The position numbers and the translations under genes were made by a program. Positions 10,816 to 23,713 of a stretch of DNA of 64,000 bases are shown in pieces. Position 1 is the stretch's first letter; each line of letters begins with the position of its first letter. Source of the stretch: Octopus vulgaris (taxonomy: Eukaryota); assembly GCA_951406725.2 (NCBI GenBank), contig OX597815.1:205282001-205346000 (forward strand), in the 5' to 3' direction. The notes under the pieces were generated by a model. The model was not told the origin of the DNA. It ran no database searches and worked only from the letters and a program-made list of their open reading frames with translations.

Positions 10816-13800
10816 AGAATTCCAAACAACTTGTGGTGGCTTGTGTTCCCAAATATTTAATTGACCTCAGAGGGAGGAAAAGCCAAGTTGACCTCAGCTG
10901 AACCCAGAATGCAAAGAGCCAGACAAATATCACAAGGCATTTTTTCTGAGGCTCTAACAATTCTGCCAATTCACTATCATCATCATCATCATCATCATTT
11001 AACATCCATTTTCCATGATGGCATGGGTTAGATGGTTTAACAGGAGAGCTGCACCACACACTAGTTTGTTTAGGCTTGGTTTCTATGGCTGGATGCCCTT
11101 CCTAATGCCAACCACTCCACAGAATGTATTGAGTGCCTTTTACGTGTCACTGGCACAGGTGCCTTTTATGTGCCACTGGCACATTTATAAATATTTAAAT
11201 GCATGAATATTATGAAAAATATATTTCTTGTTCACTCAGATGTGTACCTTGCACTTGGTGATCAATAAGAGTTTATGGTTGAGATATTAGCTTCACAATC
11301 ATATAGTTCCAGACTCAATCTGTGTGCAACACCTTGGGCAATTGTCTTCTGCTGCAGCCTCAGGTAGACCAAAGTCTTGTCAATAAAGTTTGTCAGACAG
11401 AAACTGTGTGAAGCCTATCAGATGTGTGTGTGTATACAAACACATCTGATGGGCTTCCACACATGCCTACATACATATATTAAGATAGTGTGCATGGTGT
11501 TGCTTGCTAGCATGTATCTTGATGATACTTCTGAGATCATACAGCATTTTTTAAGAAGGTCTAATGATTGCAAGACTACATGTACTGTTATACAGAGTAG
11601 ATATAACTTGAATTGTAAAGTAATGGGTCTATATATTTGTAGCTAAAGCAGATATATGTGTACTCATGTTGTTTTACCATGGATCACCATATATTTGTAG
11701 TCTTATTGTGTGTAGTAAAGAGGGCCCAACCACTTATTTTCCTTTTCTTTTTTTTAAGGGAGGTGTGAGCACAGTATTTGCCTAGTTTAGCACCACTACC
11801 TGACCCATGGATACATTTAACAGACTTTGCTTAATTGCAAGTGTTCAAACCAGACTCATCAACAACTTGAAGGAGGATATAAGATTATATTCAATCCATG
11901 AACTGAAGGTGGCAATGATGAATCAAGATGCATGGAGAAATGGCATTGTCTTTAAGGACTGGGTGGAAACCCAGCATAATTAATTAATTTAATGCAAACT
12001 ATCCATGACAGCATGAGACTAACCCATTAGACACAAGGTAGGTGACTGAAATTATCCTCTTAGGCTTGTTTATCTACATCATACATAGAACAAAAACCCT
12101 CAGCCTCAAGAGGTGCAAAGATAACTTTACCGTAGCAAGTCAGCCAAAATAAAACAGTTAACATTCTAGATCACGTGTATTGAAAAGCCACTCATCTTAG
12201 TCACTCACACACTCCAACTTCTGGCCCACAGATATGCTGTGTCTTCACTCTTCCTTATCTACTACTACTAAAGAGGTCCCTACTCTTTGGAACTTGTTAG
12301 TCCCAGACCACCTCCTGCATCCCTCGGTACTCATATTGTGTACAACTCCAAATTCTGCACCAACTACCACGCCCAGTCCTTTCCAAAATGTCGGTATTCT
12401 GGAATTACTTCCCTTCACATCTTTTTCCTACACCTGTCGATTTGCGATATCAATCTCATCCGTTTCAGAGGACTTTTGAATGCCGGACACAAACCTTACC
12501 TCTGCACTATATTATATCAGAGATATTCTTTCGTTTTTAGCGCCCCCCGTTAAAGTATTTACCTCGCCAGAAGTAGGTTTTCTTCAGGTCAAAAGGTGAA
12601 AGTATTTTCGACAGCAAAACGTAGAATGCAATAAAGTATGGTCATAATTTTGCAGTAAAATAATTGTATTGTGTATTTTCCGTTATTTGTCCTCTCTTCT
12701 ATTAGCACCCGATGCGTCTAGTTAATTAATAACCACGCTATACTCACGCTAATTAGGAATGTAATCAAATTATGTCATGAATGACGACAGCATCAGTACT
12801 GGATGCTTTATAGCAGGGTTTTTCGGAAGAATCGCGCTATGAGGAGTGAAAGACAGAAGGACAAATTGCTATGTTTAAATGAATTTCAAATGGTCTCTAG
12901 CTTTTAAACTTTGTTCGAAAACCTTGATGAATATTAAATATGTGGTTGCAAACTCTTATGTGTCTTCTCGTTAAGAGGGTGCCCCCAAATTTCTCTAATA
13001 TTTTTTGAGGACGTAGTATTTGCCAGTTTGAGAAGGCATCGCTTTGTGGTACCTAATTCGCACTAAACAGTACAGTAGAATTCTTTCCTTTGTTTTTTTT
13101 TTTCATGCCGGGAAAACACCGACTTTTCACAAATTCTTTCAACATTCATCAGACTCTGGAAACACGCACACGGGAAGGCGTGCGCGCACGCTTCGTTTTA
13201 GGGATACCGGCAAAGAATATATAAACATCAACAAGAAGACCGGTGCATTAGGAAGTTGTTCCCTAAGATATCTGCTCTGCACAGATTTAGATACGACTTG
13301 TCATTCATATTTGTCAGAAATGCCGTGAATAAATCCGCCGCCGACTACTTCTAACCTACGAAGCTATTTTCACCAAACTGCGATATAAAATAAAATAAAA
13401 TAACAAAATCCTTTAAATAAATGAAAGAGGCTGTAGAAAATGCTATTCTCTGCCCAATGACTTTTGCAAGACTTCTTCTACAACATTCCACCATTCATTG
13501 AATACTCATTCCAAAGAAAATTCTTTAAAAATACTCCAACTAAAGTCTACTGGACGTATAGAATTGAGACTTTTTGGGATAAATGTTCCTTCTAGAATTC
13601 AATTCTGCACATAAAAGATATTTCAAAGTATAATAAACTTCACCAAAAACCATTATCCATTATCATAATAAACACAAATTCGTCTTTTATCTCTTTTTTT
13701 TTAAGAATGCAGGAATGGTGCGTCTTGAAAAACCAGACACTGGTTTTCTGTGGAACTGCCGGCATAAAAGAAAAAAACCGTATACACAGAGACCAAAGTC

Positions 13801-13885
13801 AAATCACTAAAGTAAAAAAAAATAATAAAAACGAACCAAGAAAATTTTTTTCCATAATTTGCCTATCAAGGTTTTTCATTCATTC

Positions 13886-13936
<51 letters not shown>

Positions 13937-14019
13937 TATGTCACCGTGACCGACCAGGCTATCAGATGTTGTTACACATCGCTGGTCACAATGCGCTTCG
14001 CATTGTTTTAGGTTTCAAA

Positions 14020-14142
14020 TTACATATCTGTCTATCTATTGGTCTATCTATCTGTCTGTCTATCTATCTATCGGTCTATCTATCTGTCTGTCTATCGGTC
14101 TATCTATCTGTCTATCTATCTATCCGTCTGTCTATCTATCGG

Positions 14143-14236
<94 letters not shown>

Positions 14237-15230
14237 GGGTTGGGGTTTGCGATGAGCTTTTTTTTTTTTTAAATATATATGACATATAAATAATCCGTGG
14301 GAGGTAGAATGAAATTTTTGCAACATTCTCAAAGTAGAAAAAAAACAAAAAACAAAACCTAAATAAAAAAAAACCCCCACGAAACAAAAAATTCAATTTC
14401 GAAATTAGAGATACAAATCAAAGACAAACCGGGGCCGATCGTTATCCGAACCGATGAGATCGCTTTGGAAACCACTGATACAAAATCTCGACCATTCTTA
14501 TATATATATATATATATAAATGAGGGTAAATAATTATTAATTTCAAAATCAACAATTATTTACGGGTAGATTTCGGTATGGAAATATAACCATTATCGGT
14601 AGGAACCTTTTCAAAAAGTTCTATATATATATATATAAATAAATAAGGGATGCTTGCCCTTTTTATTTATTTATTTATATATATATATATAAATGTGTGT
14701 GTGTGTTATGTCCTTAGCTTATTTACTCGTGGTGTATAAAATACGAAAAATTTAATACAACAGCAGGATAAAAATTGGATGGTTGCATTATTACTTTCGA
14801 GTAAACAGTCTGCGTGTAATAAAGATAGACCGATAGATAGACAGACATATAGACAGACAGATAGACCGATAGATAGACAGATAGATAGACAGACAGATAG
14901 ACCGATAGATAGACCGATAGATAGACAGACAGATAGACAGACAGATAGACCGATAGATAGACAGACAGATAGACCGATAGATAGACAGATATATAGACAG
15001 GCAGGTAGACAGATAGATACATAGACCGATAGATAGACAGACAGATAGATAGACCGATAGATAGACAGATAGATAGACAGATAGATAGATAGATAGATAG
15101 ACAGATAGACCGACAGACAGATAGATAGATAGATATATAGACAGATAGATAGACGGACAGATAGATAGACAGACAGAGAGAGAGAGAGAGAGAGGGGGAG
15201 AAAAGGAAGACAGACAGACAGACAGATATT
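14020..15230. repeat. Microsatellite cluster: (TCTA/TCTG)n, (TA)n(GA)n and (GATA/GACA)n
   Basis: Directly visible at 14026-14230 and 14822-15225. Confidence 0.9.
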
Positions 15231-15379
15231 TGGTGTGGATCTTAAAGAAATTGGGGAAAAAATGTTAACAATATGATACAAAATAGAATAGAATGAGAGG
15301 AGATGGAGGAAAATTGCTTGGAAGACAATAAATCGGTTCGATTACTTTTCTGCATTTGTTTTGCACGCTTAGAATAATA

Positions 15380-15568
15380 TATGTGTGTGTGTATATGTGT
15401 GTGTGTGTATGTGTGTGTGTGTATATGTCTATGTGTATGTGTCACAGTGTGTATGTATGTGTGTACGTGTGTGTGTGTATATGTGTGTGTGTATGTATGT
15501 GTGTGTGTGTGTGTGTGTATGTGTGTATGTATGCGTGTGTGTATATGTGTGTGTGTGTAAGTGTGTGT
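15380..15568. repeat. (TG)n/(TATG)n microsatellite
   Basis: Directly visible. Confidence 0.95.
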
Positions 15569-15694
15569 TGTAATTAATGGATATACTTGGATCAACAGCT
15601 TTTAAATGAGGAAGGAAGAGTGTTAACAAACCTAATGAAGTATTCGATGCCGGGTTCGCGTCTGTTTTGGATGAGGCGAAGAAAATAACAAAAG

Positions 15695-15731
<37 letters not shown>

Positions 15732-15817
15732 AGACTAAGAGCAGCAGCAGCAGCAGCAGCAATGCGGGATCTAAGAAGAGAGAAAGAACGACTCGATAGC
15801 AAGCAGGACAAAAGACG

Positions 15818-15857
15818 GACTGAGTGACGACGAGGCAAGCGACTGGCTTTATTTATA
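15818..15857 (-). promoter_or_regulatory. Candidate Pol II core promoter (TATA box plus Inr)
   Basis: Minus strand TATAAATAAA starts at 15857, with overlapping Inr-like TCACT/TCAGTC whose A lies 32 and 36 nt downstream. Unique, CpG-containing sequence follows, with a possible donor AG|gtttgt at about 15631. Confidence 0.4.
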
Positions 15858-15861
15858 TTAG

Positions 15862-15975
15862 TAAGGAAGGAGGAGGAGAGGGAGGAGAGGGAGGAAGGAG
15901 GGAGGAGGAAGGAGGGGAAGGAAGGCTGGACAGCACAATTATCTGCCCCTGTCGTCTGCTAAATTGTCATGACAC

Positions 15976-16025
<50 letters not shown>

Positions 16026-16331
16026 GAAGAAAGAAAGATAAAGAAAGAAAGAAAGAAAAGAAGGAAGGAAGAGAAAGGAAGAAAGAAAGAGAAAGAAAGA
16101 AAGAATGAAAGAATGAAAGAAAGAAAGAAAGGAAGAGAGAGAAAGAAAGAATGAAAGAAAGAAAGGAAGGAAGGAAGAGAGAGAAAGGAAGAAAAAGGGA
16201 AAGAAAGGAAGAGAGAGAAAGAAAGAAAGATAAAGAAAGAAAGAAAGAAAGGAAGAAAGATAAAGAAAAAAGAAGGAAAGAAAGAAAGAGAAAGAATGAA
16301 GGAAGAGAACTGCATGGGTGTGTGTGCGTGT

Positions 16332-16398
<67 letters not shown>

Positions 16399-16400
16399 TA
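15862..16400. repeat. Polypurine tracts (GGA/GA/GAAA)n and (GATA)n
   Basis: Directly visible. Confidence 0.9.
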
Positions 16401-16934
16401 TGCATTTGTGGAGAGAGAAAAAAATATATATACATATATATAGAGAGAAAATATACATCTGTATGCAAGATTTTTTTCCTAATCTATTCTCATTCTCTTG
16501 CTTTATATCATAATTTTCTTCAAATTTCTTGAAGGTCAACGACAAATATCTATTCATCTATCCGTTTATCCATCGATCTACTTATCTCTTTCTCTCTCCC
16601 TCACTCTCTCACTCTCTCACCCTCACCCTCTCTTTGTCTGTCTGTCTCTTTGTCTACACACGCGCGCGCGCATGTTGTTTTCTCGAGTACAGTTTGGTCT
16701 CGTATATAATGCGACTGACCCACCCTTTTGGTACCTTTGGAAAAAGGGTAATTTTTTTTTATTTTGTGAACCTTCGGGGTTGCTGGTTACTAGTTTCCTA
16801 ATAAACTTAATCACTGGTTTACATTATTTCCGTCTCTAAAGAATGAATGCACCGGATTGCACCGGATTCTCGTCCAAGTTTATTATTCACTCGATGATGT
16901 TTTTTCCGGAGAAAAAAAAGATGCACACACTCAG

Positions 16935-17432
16935 CCTCTCTCCCCCACTTTCACTCTCCCTCTTTCTCTCTCTGTTATCTCTTTTCTCTCTCACTCTCCT
17001 ACTCTGTTATTCTTTCCCCTCTTTCACTCTTTCCCTCTCCCTTCTCTCTCTCGCTCCTTTTCTCTCTCTCTCTCTCTCTCACTCACTCTCCCTCTTTCTC
17101 TCCCCTATCTCTTTTTCTCTCTACTCTCTCTGTCATTCTTTCCTCTCTCTCACTCTTTCCCTCTCCCTTCTCTCTTTCTCTCTCCTTTTCTCTCTCTCTC
17201 TCACTCGCTCTCCCTCTTTCTCTCCCCTATCTCTTTTTCTCTCTACCCTCTCTGTCATTCTTTCCTCTCTCTCACTCTTTCCCTCTTCCTTCTGTCTTTC
17301 TCTCTCTCTTTTCTCTCTCTCTCTCACTCGCTCTTCCACTTTCTCTCCCCTATCTCTTTTTCTCTCTCTCATTCTCTGTCACTCTTTCCCCTCTCTCACT
17401 CTTTCTCTCCTTTCTCTTTCATTCTCTCTCAT
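16935..17432. repeat. Polypyrimidine tract with ~120-bp higher-order tandem units
   Basis: The motif ctctcccctatctctttttctctct recurs at about 17098, 17220 and 17343. Confidence 0.8.
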
Positions 17433-17485
17433 TTTATGTATGCATATGTGAGTAATTGTGTGCGTGTGTGATGTATGTGCATGTT

Positions 17486-19426
17486 TTGGGCCATCCCATA
17501 AATAATGCGGTTTTTCAACTGCATGAACTAAAGTCGAAGGGGGGACAGGATAAACCGTAAATTTGGGGAAATACACCCGCACGAGTTTCACTCAGAAAAA
17601 AAAAGAAACTCTCGAATTTTTTGCGTGGAATCAAGTACCCTGACCTCCTAATGTGCTGCAAACCCCTTTTTTTTCGGAAAAAAAGGGAGTTGGGAAACCG
17701 GACACCCCCACCTCCATCCCGGAATCATTGGATTTTTTTTTTCGTTGAATAAATTACGGTGACCTCCTAATGTGCCACAAGACACTTCTTTTTTGTTCAG
17801 AAAACGGGAGGTGGGGTGGAACCCTCGGAAGTGACTCACTCTCTCTTTCTCACGCGCGCGCACACACACACACACATTATCTTTCATGTAATACACGAAG
17901 TTTACCTAAACTTTCAGTGGTATAGCAATATATTATATATATCATCATTATCATCACCATCGCCCGCATATTATATATGCCAGTGCCGGCGGCACGTAAA
18001 ATGCGTCATTCGAGCGTGGTCGATGCCAGTGCCTCCTTACTAGGGGGTGGTGGTGAATTTCCGAGGTTCCATCCCTACCCCCACTTCCTGTTTTCCGGAC
18101 AAAAAAAAAACAGTGTCTTGTAGCACATTAGGAGGTTATAGTAATTCGTTCAACGAAGAAAAAAAAAAATTCCAACGATTCCAGGATGGTGGGGGGAGGG
18201 GCAGTTTCAAACCCCTCTTTTTTTTTTTCGAACAAAAATAAGGGGTTTGCGACACATTGGGAGGTCAGGGTACCTGACTCCACGCAAAAAATCCGAAGGT
18301 TTTTTTTTATTTTCTTACTGAAATTCGTGCGGGTGTACTTCCCAAAATTTACCGTTGTTTTTTCAAAGTTATAATGGAGGTGACAAAGGAGATATTCGGC
18401 ATATTTTGCTTTATAAGTTCAATAAAGGCAACAACGCAATGAAAAGTATGAGTAATATTAATGCAGTATATGGGAATCGGACAACAAGCGTATGCTAGTG
18501 TCAACGGTGGTTCCAGAAATTCCGAGCCGGAAAATGCAGCCTAGAAGACGAGCCTCGTCCTGGAAGATCTGTCGAGCTCGACGAGGATGTCCTGCAAACC
18601 GTGGTGGAACAAAATCCCATCGTAACTGTTGAGGAACTAGCAGAGAAACTTGGATTTGGTCATTCAACCATTCATCGACACCTGCATGACATCGGAAAAG
18701 TCAGCAAATTGGGTCAGTGGGTTCCTTACCCACTTTCCAAGTCTAATCGCACGTAAAGAGTAAATATGTGCTCTTTGCTGTCACGTCCCACGAATGAACC
18801 CTTTTTGTCAAGCGCCGAAAACAGTGGGTAGGGAAAGGAGAAACAGTGGCACCCCAGGCTAAAGAAGGTCTTCCCCCACGTAAGGTGTTGTTATCTGTTT
18901 GGTGAGATATGAAAGGTTTAGTCCACTTGAACTTTTAAACCCAAACCGAACGATTACAAAGGAGATCTACTGCGAGCAGCTTGAGCGGCTGAAGTCAGAG
19001 CTAGAAGAAAAGCGACAATCTTTGGTTTCCAGACGAAAGGCGTTCTTCCATCAGGATAATTGCTCGGCCACATACAAGGATGACATTCCAGAGGCTGGAG
19101 CAATTTGAATGGGGAACAATGCCCCACTCACCATATTCGCCGGACATTGCCCATCCGATTATCATTTATTCCACAGTCTTCAAAATCATTTGGACGGAAA
19201 AAAATATGAATTCCGTAGACGAAGTCAGAACAATACTGGAGGAGTATTTCGCGTCATGGAAAGTGAATTTTGGAAGAGAGGCCTTGCAAGTCTACTAGAT
19301 AGATAGAAGGGCATTATAGAAAATGAAGGAGAGTATATTTTAGATTAAAGAAGAACTTTGTTTATCTTAATTTGAAAAATAAAATAAATATTAAAAAAAA
19401 AACGCATTATTTATGGGATGACCCAA
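17486..19426 (+). mobile_element. Mariner DNA transposon with decayed transposase (ATG 18374, stop about 19348)
   Basis: TIRs ttgggccatcccataaataatgcg / cgcattatttatgggatgacccaa followed by TA. Motifs 'CQRWFQKFRAG..SLEDEPRPGR', WVP, HQDN and YSPDIA(P)SDYHLF. Frameshifts and stops present; an apparent deletion near 18810 removes the first catalytic Asp region. Confidence 0.95.
17553..18356. mobile_element. Foldback/MITE with ~290-bp imperfect inverted arms, nested in the mariner 5' region
   Basis: 17553-17840 is the reverse complement of 18053-18356 (for example aaatttggggaaatacacccgcacg / cgtgcgggtgtacttcccaaaattt). Confidence 0.85.
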
Positions 19427-19679
19427 TATTATATTCAGGTTATTTAAAAGAAAACTGAGCATTCCTATACAAGAGTACCTCTGCCGTGATTTTGTTTCCT
19501 CATAACATTAAGAAAGATTGTTATTTCAGATGGTATATAGACAACGATATTATCAGAATTTAATGTGGACGAAACAAATGATGGGCACCCACACGTTGAT
19601 AATCAAACGGTGCTTTGGCTATCGACCATAACTGCCAAATCCATACTGACACGCATAATTTTAAAATTCATTTACATTT

Positions 19680-20110
19680 TACTCTTTACTCTCTTTTACT
19701 CTTTTACTTGTTTCAGTCATTTGACTGCGGCCATGCTGGAGCACCGCCTTTAATCGAGAAACTCGACCCCGGGACTTATTCTTTTGTAAGCCCAGTACTT
19801 ATTCTATCGGTCTCTTTTGCCGAACTGCTAAGTAACGGTGACACAAACACACCAGCATCGGTTGTCAAGCAATGCTAGGGGGACAAACACAGATACACAA
19901 ACACAGATACACAAACACACACACGCATATATATATACATATATACGACGGGCTTCTTTTCAGTTTCCATCTACCAAATCCACTCACAAGGCTTTGGTCG
20001 GCCCGAGGCTATAGTAGAAGACACTTGCCCCAGGCGCAACGCAGTGGGACTGAACCCGGAACCATGTGGTTGGTTAGCAAGCTACTTACCACACAGCCAC
20101 TCATGCGCCT
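19680..20110 (-). mobile_element. SINE family A, full length
   Basis: Reverse complement of the family A sequence, with the (AAGAGT)n-like tail at 19680-19706. Confidence 0.9.
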
Positions 20111-22099
20111 CTATTTTGTAGATATATGACAATAATTTTTTGGTCTGAAAATGTTATCTTCGGTAGAATTTGAAAATTTTGATAAGATTGGATCCATCGG
20201 GTTCCAGTTCAAGAGATTTGGACACCATGATAACTTTGTGACAGAGACCGAAGAGCTTGTAGCCAATTTGCACTATACTAAAGAGTGGGAAGACCTTTCA
20301 CTTGAAAAGATGCACTTCAATGCGGACGTTGATGCTTCTAAGATAATTGCTAATCGGTAGATTGAAGATCTTCACCTGGAAGACATTAGCAACAATCAAA
20401 GAGATAAATTCAGAAAGTTCTCACAAAAATTATTGTTCTATTCATCAGGGTTTCAAAGTAAAGTTTTATAAACAACGTACAGGGGCAGAGTTTTGCATGC
20501 CGGAAAATGCGGTATATTGTCCTTGCTGTTGAAATTTTCTGGACAAACTGGAATACAGGACATGAGCAGGCATTCACTAAGACAGATACTTGCGATTGAG
20601 AGTTTGCTGATAATCAAACGGTGCTTTGGCTATCGACCATAGCTCCCAAATCCATATCACTGCAGCCCCTGTGTGGAACGACTACTGATTATTTTATGAA
20701 AGGAATACGTTTGTACAGTAATAGAGAAGTTCCGAAATGCAACTTACGAACATCACGATATTCAGAACAATATGATGTCTGTAACCAAAAAGTAGGTCGA
20801 GAATTGTCTAAATTAGTCTCTTTCGCATTAATTAGGAATAAAACAAATATTTCAAAAATTAAACCACTCTTGCTTGTTTTGCTCTATTTTTCGAACTTTG
20901 AAAAAATTACTGAATCTTGAGTAAGTTCTGAGAAATTTACTGAATCTTGAGTAAGTTCTGAACTTGATACTGAATCGCATCACTCTACAATACTTATTCA
21001 GTGTTTAATTTTATTTGTGTTGACATTCAATTGATTTTTCTAAGCTATGATGGTCTTTCGGTCACGAGCAGTAATATCACTGGTGTTTAAGCGATGTTGT
21101 TCCTTCCGCAATCTATGTCTGTCAATACGACCAACCACTCGACCCAGTAGTGACTGAATGCATAAAAAATGTTATAAGCTGCGGGGAAAATATTTTGCCA
21201 TTCTATTGCAACTCTACCTATTCATGGCTCAGTCCACTGTACATAGGATTTCTTGCACGTCCAGAAAGGGAAAGATAGGTAGCTAGTGGAGCTGGCGGGG
21301 ACATTCAATATGCATCGGATCTTTCAGCACGTGTTGTATAATGCTGTGCCAAGAGGTAGAATCGTTAGCACGCCGAACAAGATGCTTAGCGGCATTTCGT
21401 CCGTCTTTACGGAAAAATTCCATCAAGGATGATTTTGCCTTTCATCCTTTCGATGTTGGTAAAATAAGTACATTTTAAGCACTGGAGTCGATATCATCGA
21501 TTTTCCCATCCTTCAAAATTGCTGGCTTTGTGCCAGAATACGAAAGGATTATATTATGCCTTATATGCTTCCATTTTAGTAAAGATACCAAATCATTGGA
21601 AAGACAAACTGAGAGCGGGTCATTACATCATTTTTGCTTGCAAGGTTTTGCCTTTTCATCGTTTTCTTTAAATAAATTCTACTACGACAACGGAGCCCCT
21701 AGCAAGATGCGGCAATATTCTTCATCGGATATGTATGCAGAAAGCTAATTAATATCCAGCCGCATTGAATATCTTGAACGAAGCAGGTTGGACAACGAAT
21801 TTGTGACATAAAAATCAAGCAACAGGTCACTGAACTTATTAAGGACAACCAATTGGTTTGAAATAAGGCAAACGGTGAGGAAATTTTCCACAGCATTTAG
21901 ACGGCGAGATGATCTTTGAGATTGTTTGAAGCCTGATAGCGAGTTGAGAAGATCCCTTCGCCGATTTTCGCCGTGAGTCTTTCAATTCCGTTTTGGATTA
22001 GACATTTTCAGAGCTGTAATATTAAGAAGAGCCTCTTTCATCTTAATTCCCAAAATGAACCATCTCTGAGAACTGATGGTTCCAGCTTTCTGGTGTTAT

Positions 22100-22478
22100 G
22101 TATGTAGTTTGTCCGTCGATGCGACGAAGACCCTCTAGTCATCCTGGGTTGGGGATGGGCTTGTTTTGTGAATCCGCAGATGGCTAGTGAGGCCAATCTG
22201 CGCCCGAAAGAATCTTTGACAGTGTGGACAGGGAATGGTAACGCCTGCTAAAGGGTTGTTAGCTCTGTTCTTCCTGGCTTGTCTGTGGTCTTCTGCAGCA
22301 ACGATCCTATTGGTCTCGCATGTGCTGGCACCCTTGTGGACAGCTGATTGCCACCCTTTCCAGAGAAGATGCTCCCAAGTATCATGGTCGATGTTGAAGG
22401 CTTTCAGTGTGTCACAGCTTCCTGGTAGAAACTTATTGGCAGGACTCTGATGACCGAGAGCTAGAGATCCACAGTGCA
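22100..22478 (-). mobile_element. RTE (BovB-like) 3' fragment with C-terminal C2H2 finger
   Basis: 'TLKAFNIDHDTWE...WQSAVHKGASTCETNR...IPCPHCQRFFRAQIGLTSHLRIH'. Confidence 0.8.
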
Positions 22479-22481
22479 ACA

Positions 22482-22768
22482 TGTTAGTTAGTTAATTTTT
22501 TGGCTCAAAAAGCAAAAAAGCAAGGCCATGTAGGGGGACATGGAGTTATGTACAGGGTGGTGTTCATGTAAAGAGTTCAGACCACTAGTGGTCGAGGGAG
22601 ACTTTGAACTGAACGGTCGTCGGCATCTTCACCATCTCGTCCGGCAGCTTATTCCACGGATCCGCAACCCGGACGGAGAAAGCCCCTCTCCTTCGATTGA
22701 GATGAAATCGTCGCAGATAGAGCTTTTCGGAATGACCTCGCAGCCGACGCTCTCATCAACGAGCGTAA
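22482..22768 (-). mobile_element. CR1-type LINE 3' end
   Basis: Minus strand reads 'FSVRVADPWNKLPDEMVKMPTTVQFKVSLDH', a typical CR1 ORF2 end, with a short (TAAC)n tail. Confidence 0.8.
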
Positions 22769-23593
22769 GTCATTCATTTTGAACTCAGTGACTGAGTTAC
22801 TTGAGTCTTGACATCCCTACATTAGTGCTGTTTTTTGAATTGACCAAACTGCTTCAAATTCTTGTAACATTGCCTGAAAACAGTGGGAGCTGTGAATGCA
22901 GCTTTCCCAAAATACAGGTGACTAAGATTTATCTGCAGAATTCTGTGGTGGACAAAAGACAGGGCAATTCATGCATAACTGTCGTGAATAGACGATAAAC
23001 TGAAAAACCAGGAACCTGAAGACATTGTCTTTCGTTTCGTGGTAAAATGCCAAAATATGAGAAATACCGTAACGTACAGTGTGTGATTGTTGTTCGTTAT
23101 ACTTGAAGTTGCCATATTTCGTGTGTCGTTATCTTATCTTTGCTTTTTTTATACTTATAACGACTTTTCAAGTACACTGAGAAGTGATTTCGACTTCGAT
23201 TTATTATATTAAACATTAATAACTCATTCCTTATATAGAATTTTGCTCGCCCTCATAACTTTCTGGTTGAACGTTGTCAATGTTGTTACAGAACATTGGC
23301 GCCGTCACTATTTGCTCGTACACACATACACACATACAGTGTGCAGGTGCATTTAACAATGCCGGAGAATAAGCTTATCGTACTTTAAATCTATTGAAAA
23401 TGATAATGAAGTAGTGCTAAAATATAGAACAATGCATTTATCTTTAAATATAGATATGCACATGATTTTTTGAACATATCTGTACATACAGTTATGTACA
23501 TATTTTGCCCTGAATTATCTGGAAACTTCGTTTTTATAAGTGTTTACTCTGAAAAGTTTGTTAAAAGAAAATGCATACCTACAATAACCAGTT

Positions 23594-23666
<73 letters not shown>
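23594..23666. repeat. (GATA)n microsatellite
   Basis: Directly visible. Confidence 0.95.
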
Positions 23667-23713
23667 CCAAAGAAAATAGGTTAAAAACAACTTCAGCTGA
23701 AATTTAGCTTATA

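Larger units (their letters stand above)
20400..23040 (+). mobile_element. Highly decayed hAT (ZMYM1/Tip100-like) transposase, interrupted by SINE and LINE fragments
   Basis: TTF-zinc-finger-like 'RKFSQK...ENAVYCPCC...AFTKT' at about 20410-20590. hAT dimerisation-like 'LTKLLQILVTLPENSGSCECSFPKIQVTKIYLQNSV' at 22801-22998. Confidence 0.6.

Noticed and set aside
13228-13308. Short minus-strand ORF MNDKSYLNLCRADILGNNFLMHRSSC
   Set aside because: Only 26 codons with no recognisable homology; it could be a uORF but cannot be supported from sequence alone.
22135-22482. C2H2 zinc-finger gene
   Set aside because: It is a single finger at the C-terminus of an RTE/BovB-like ORF fragment.
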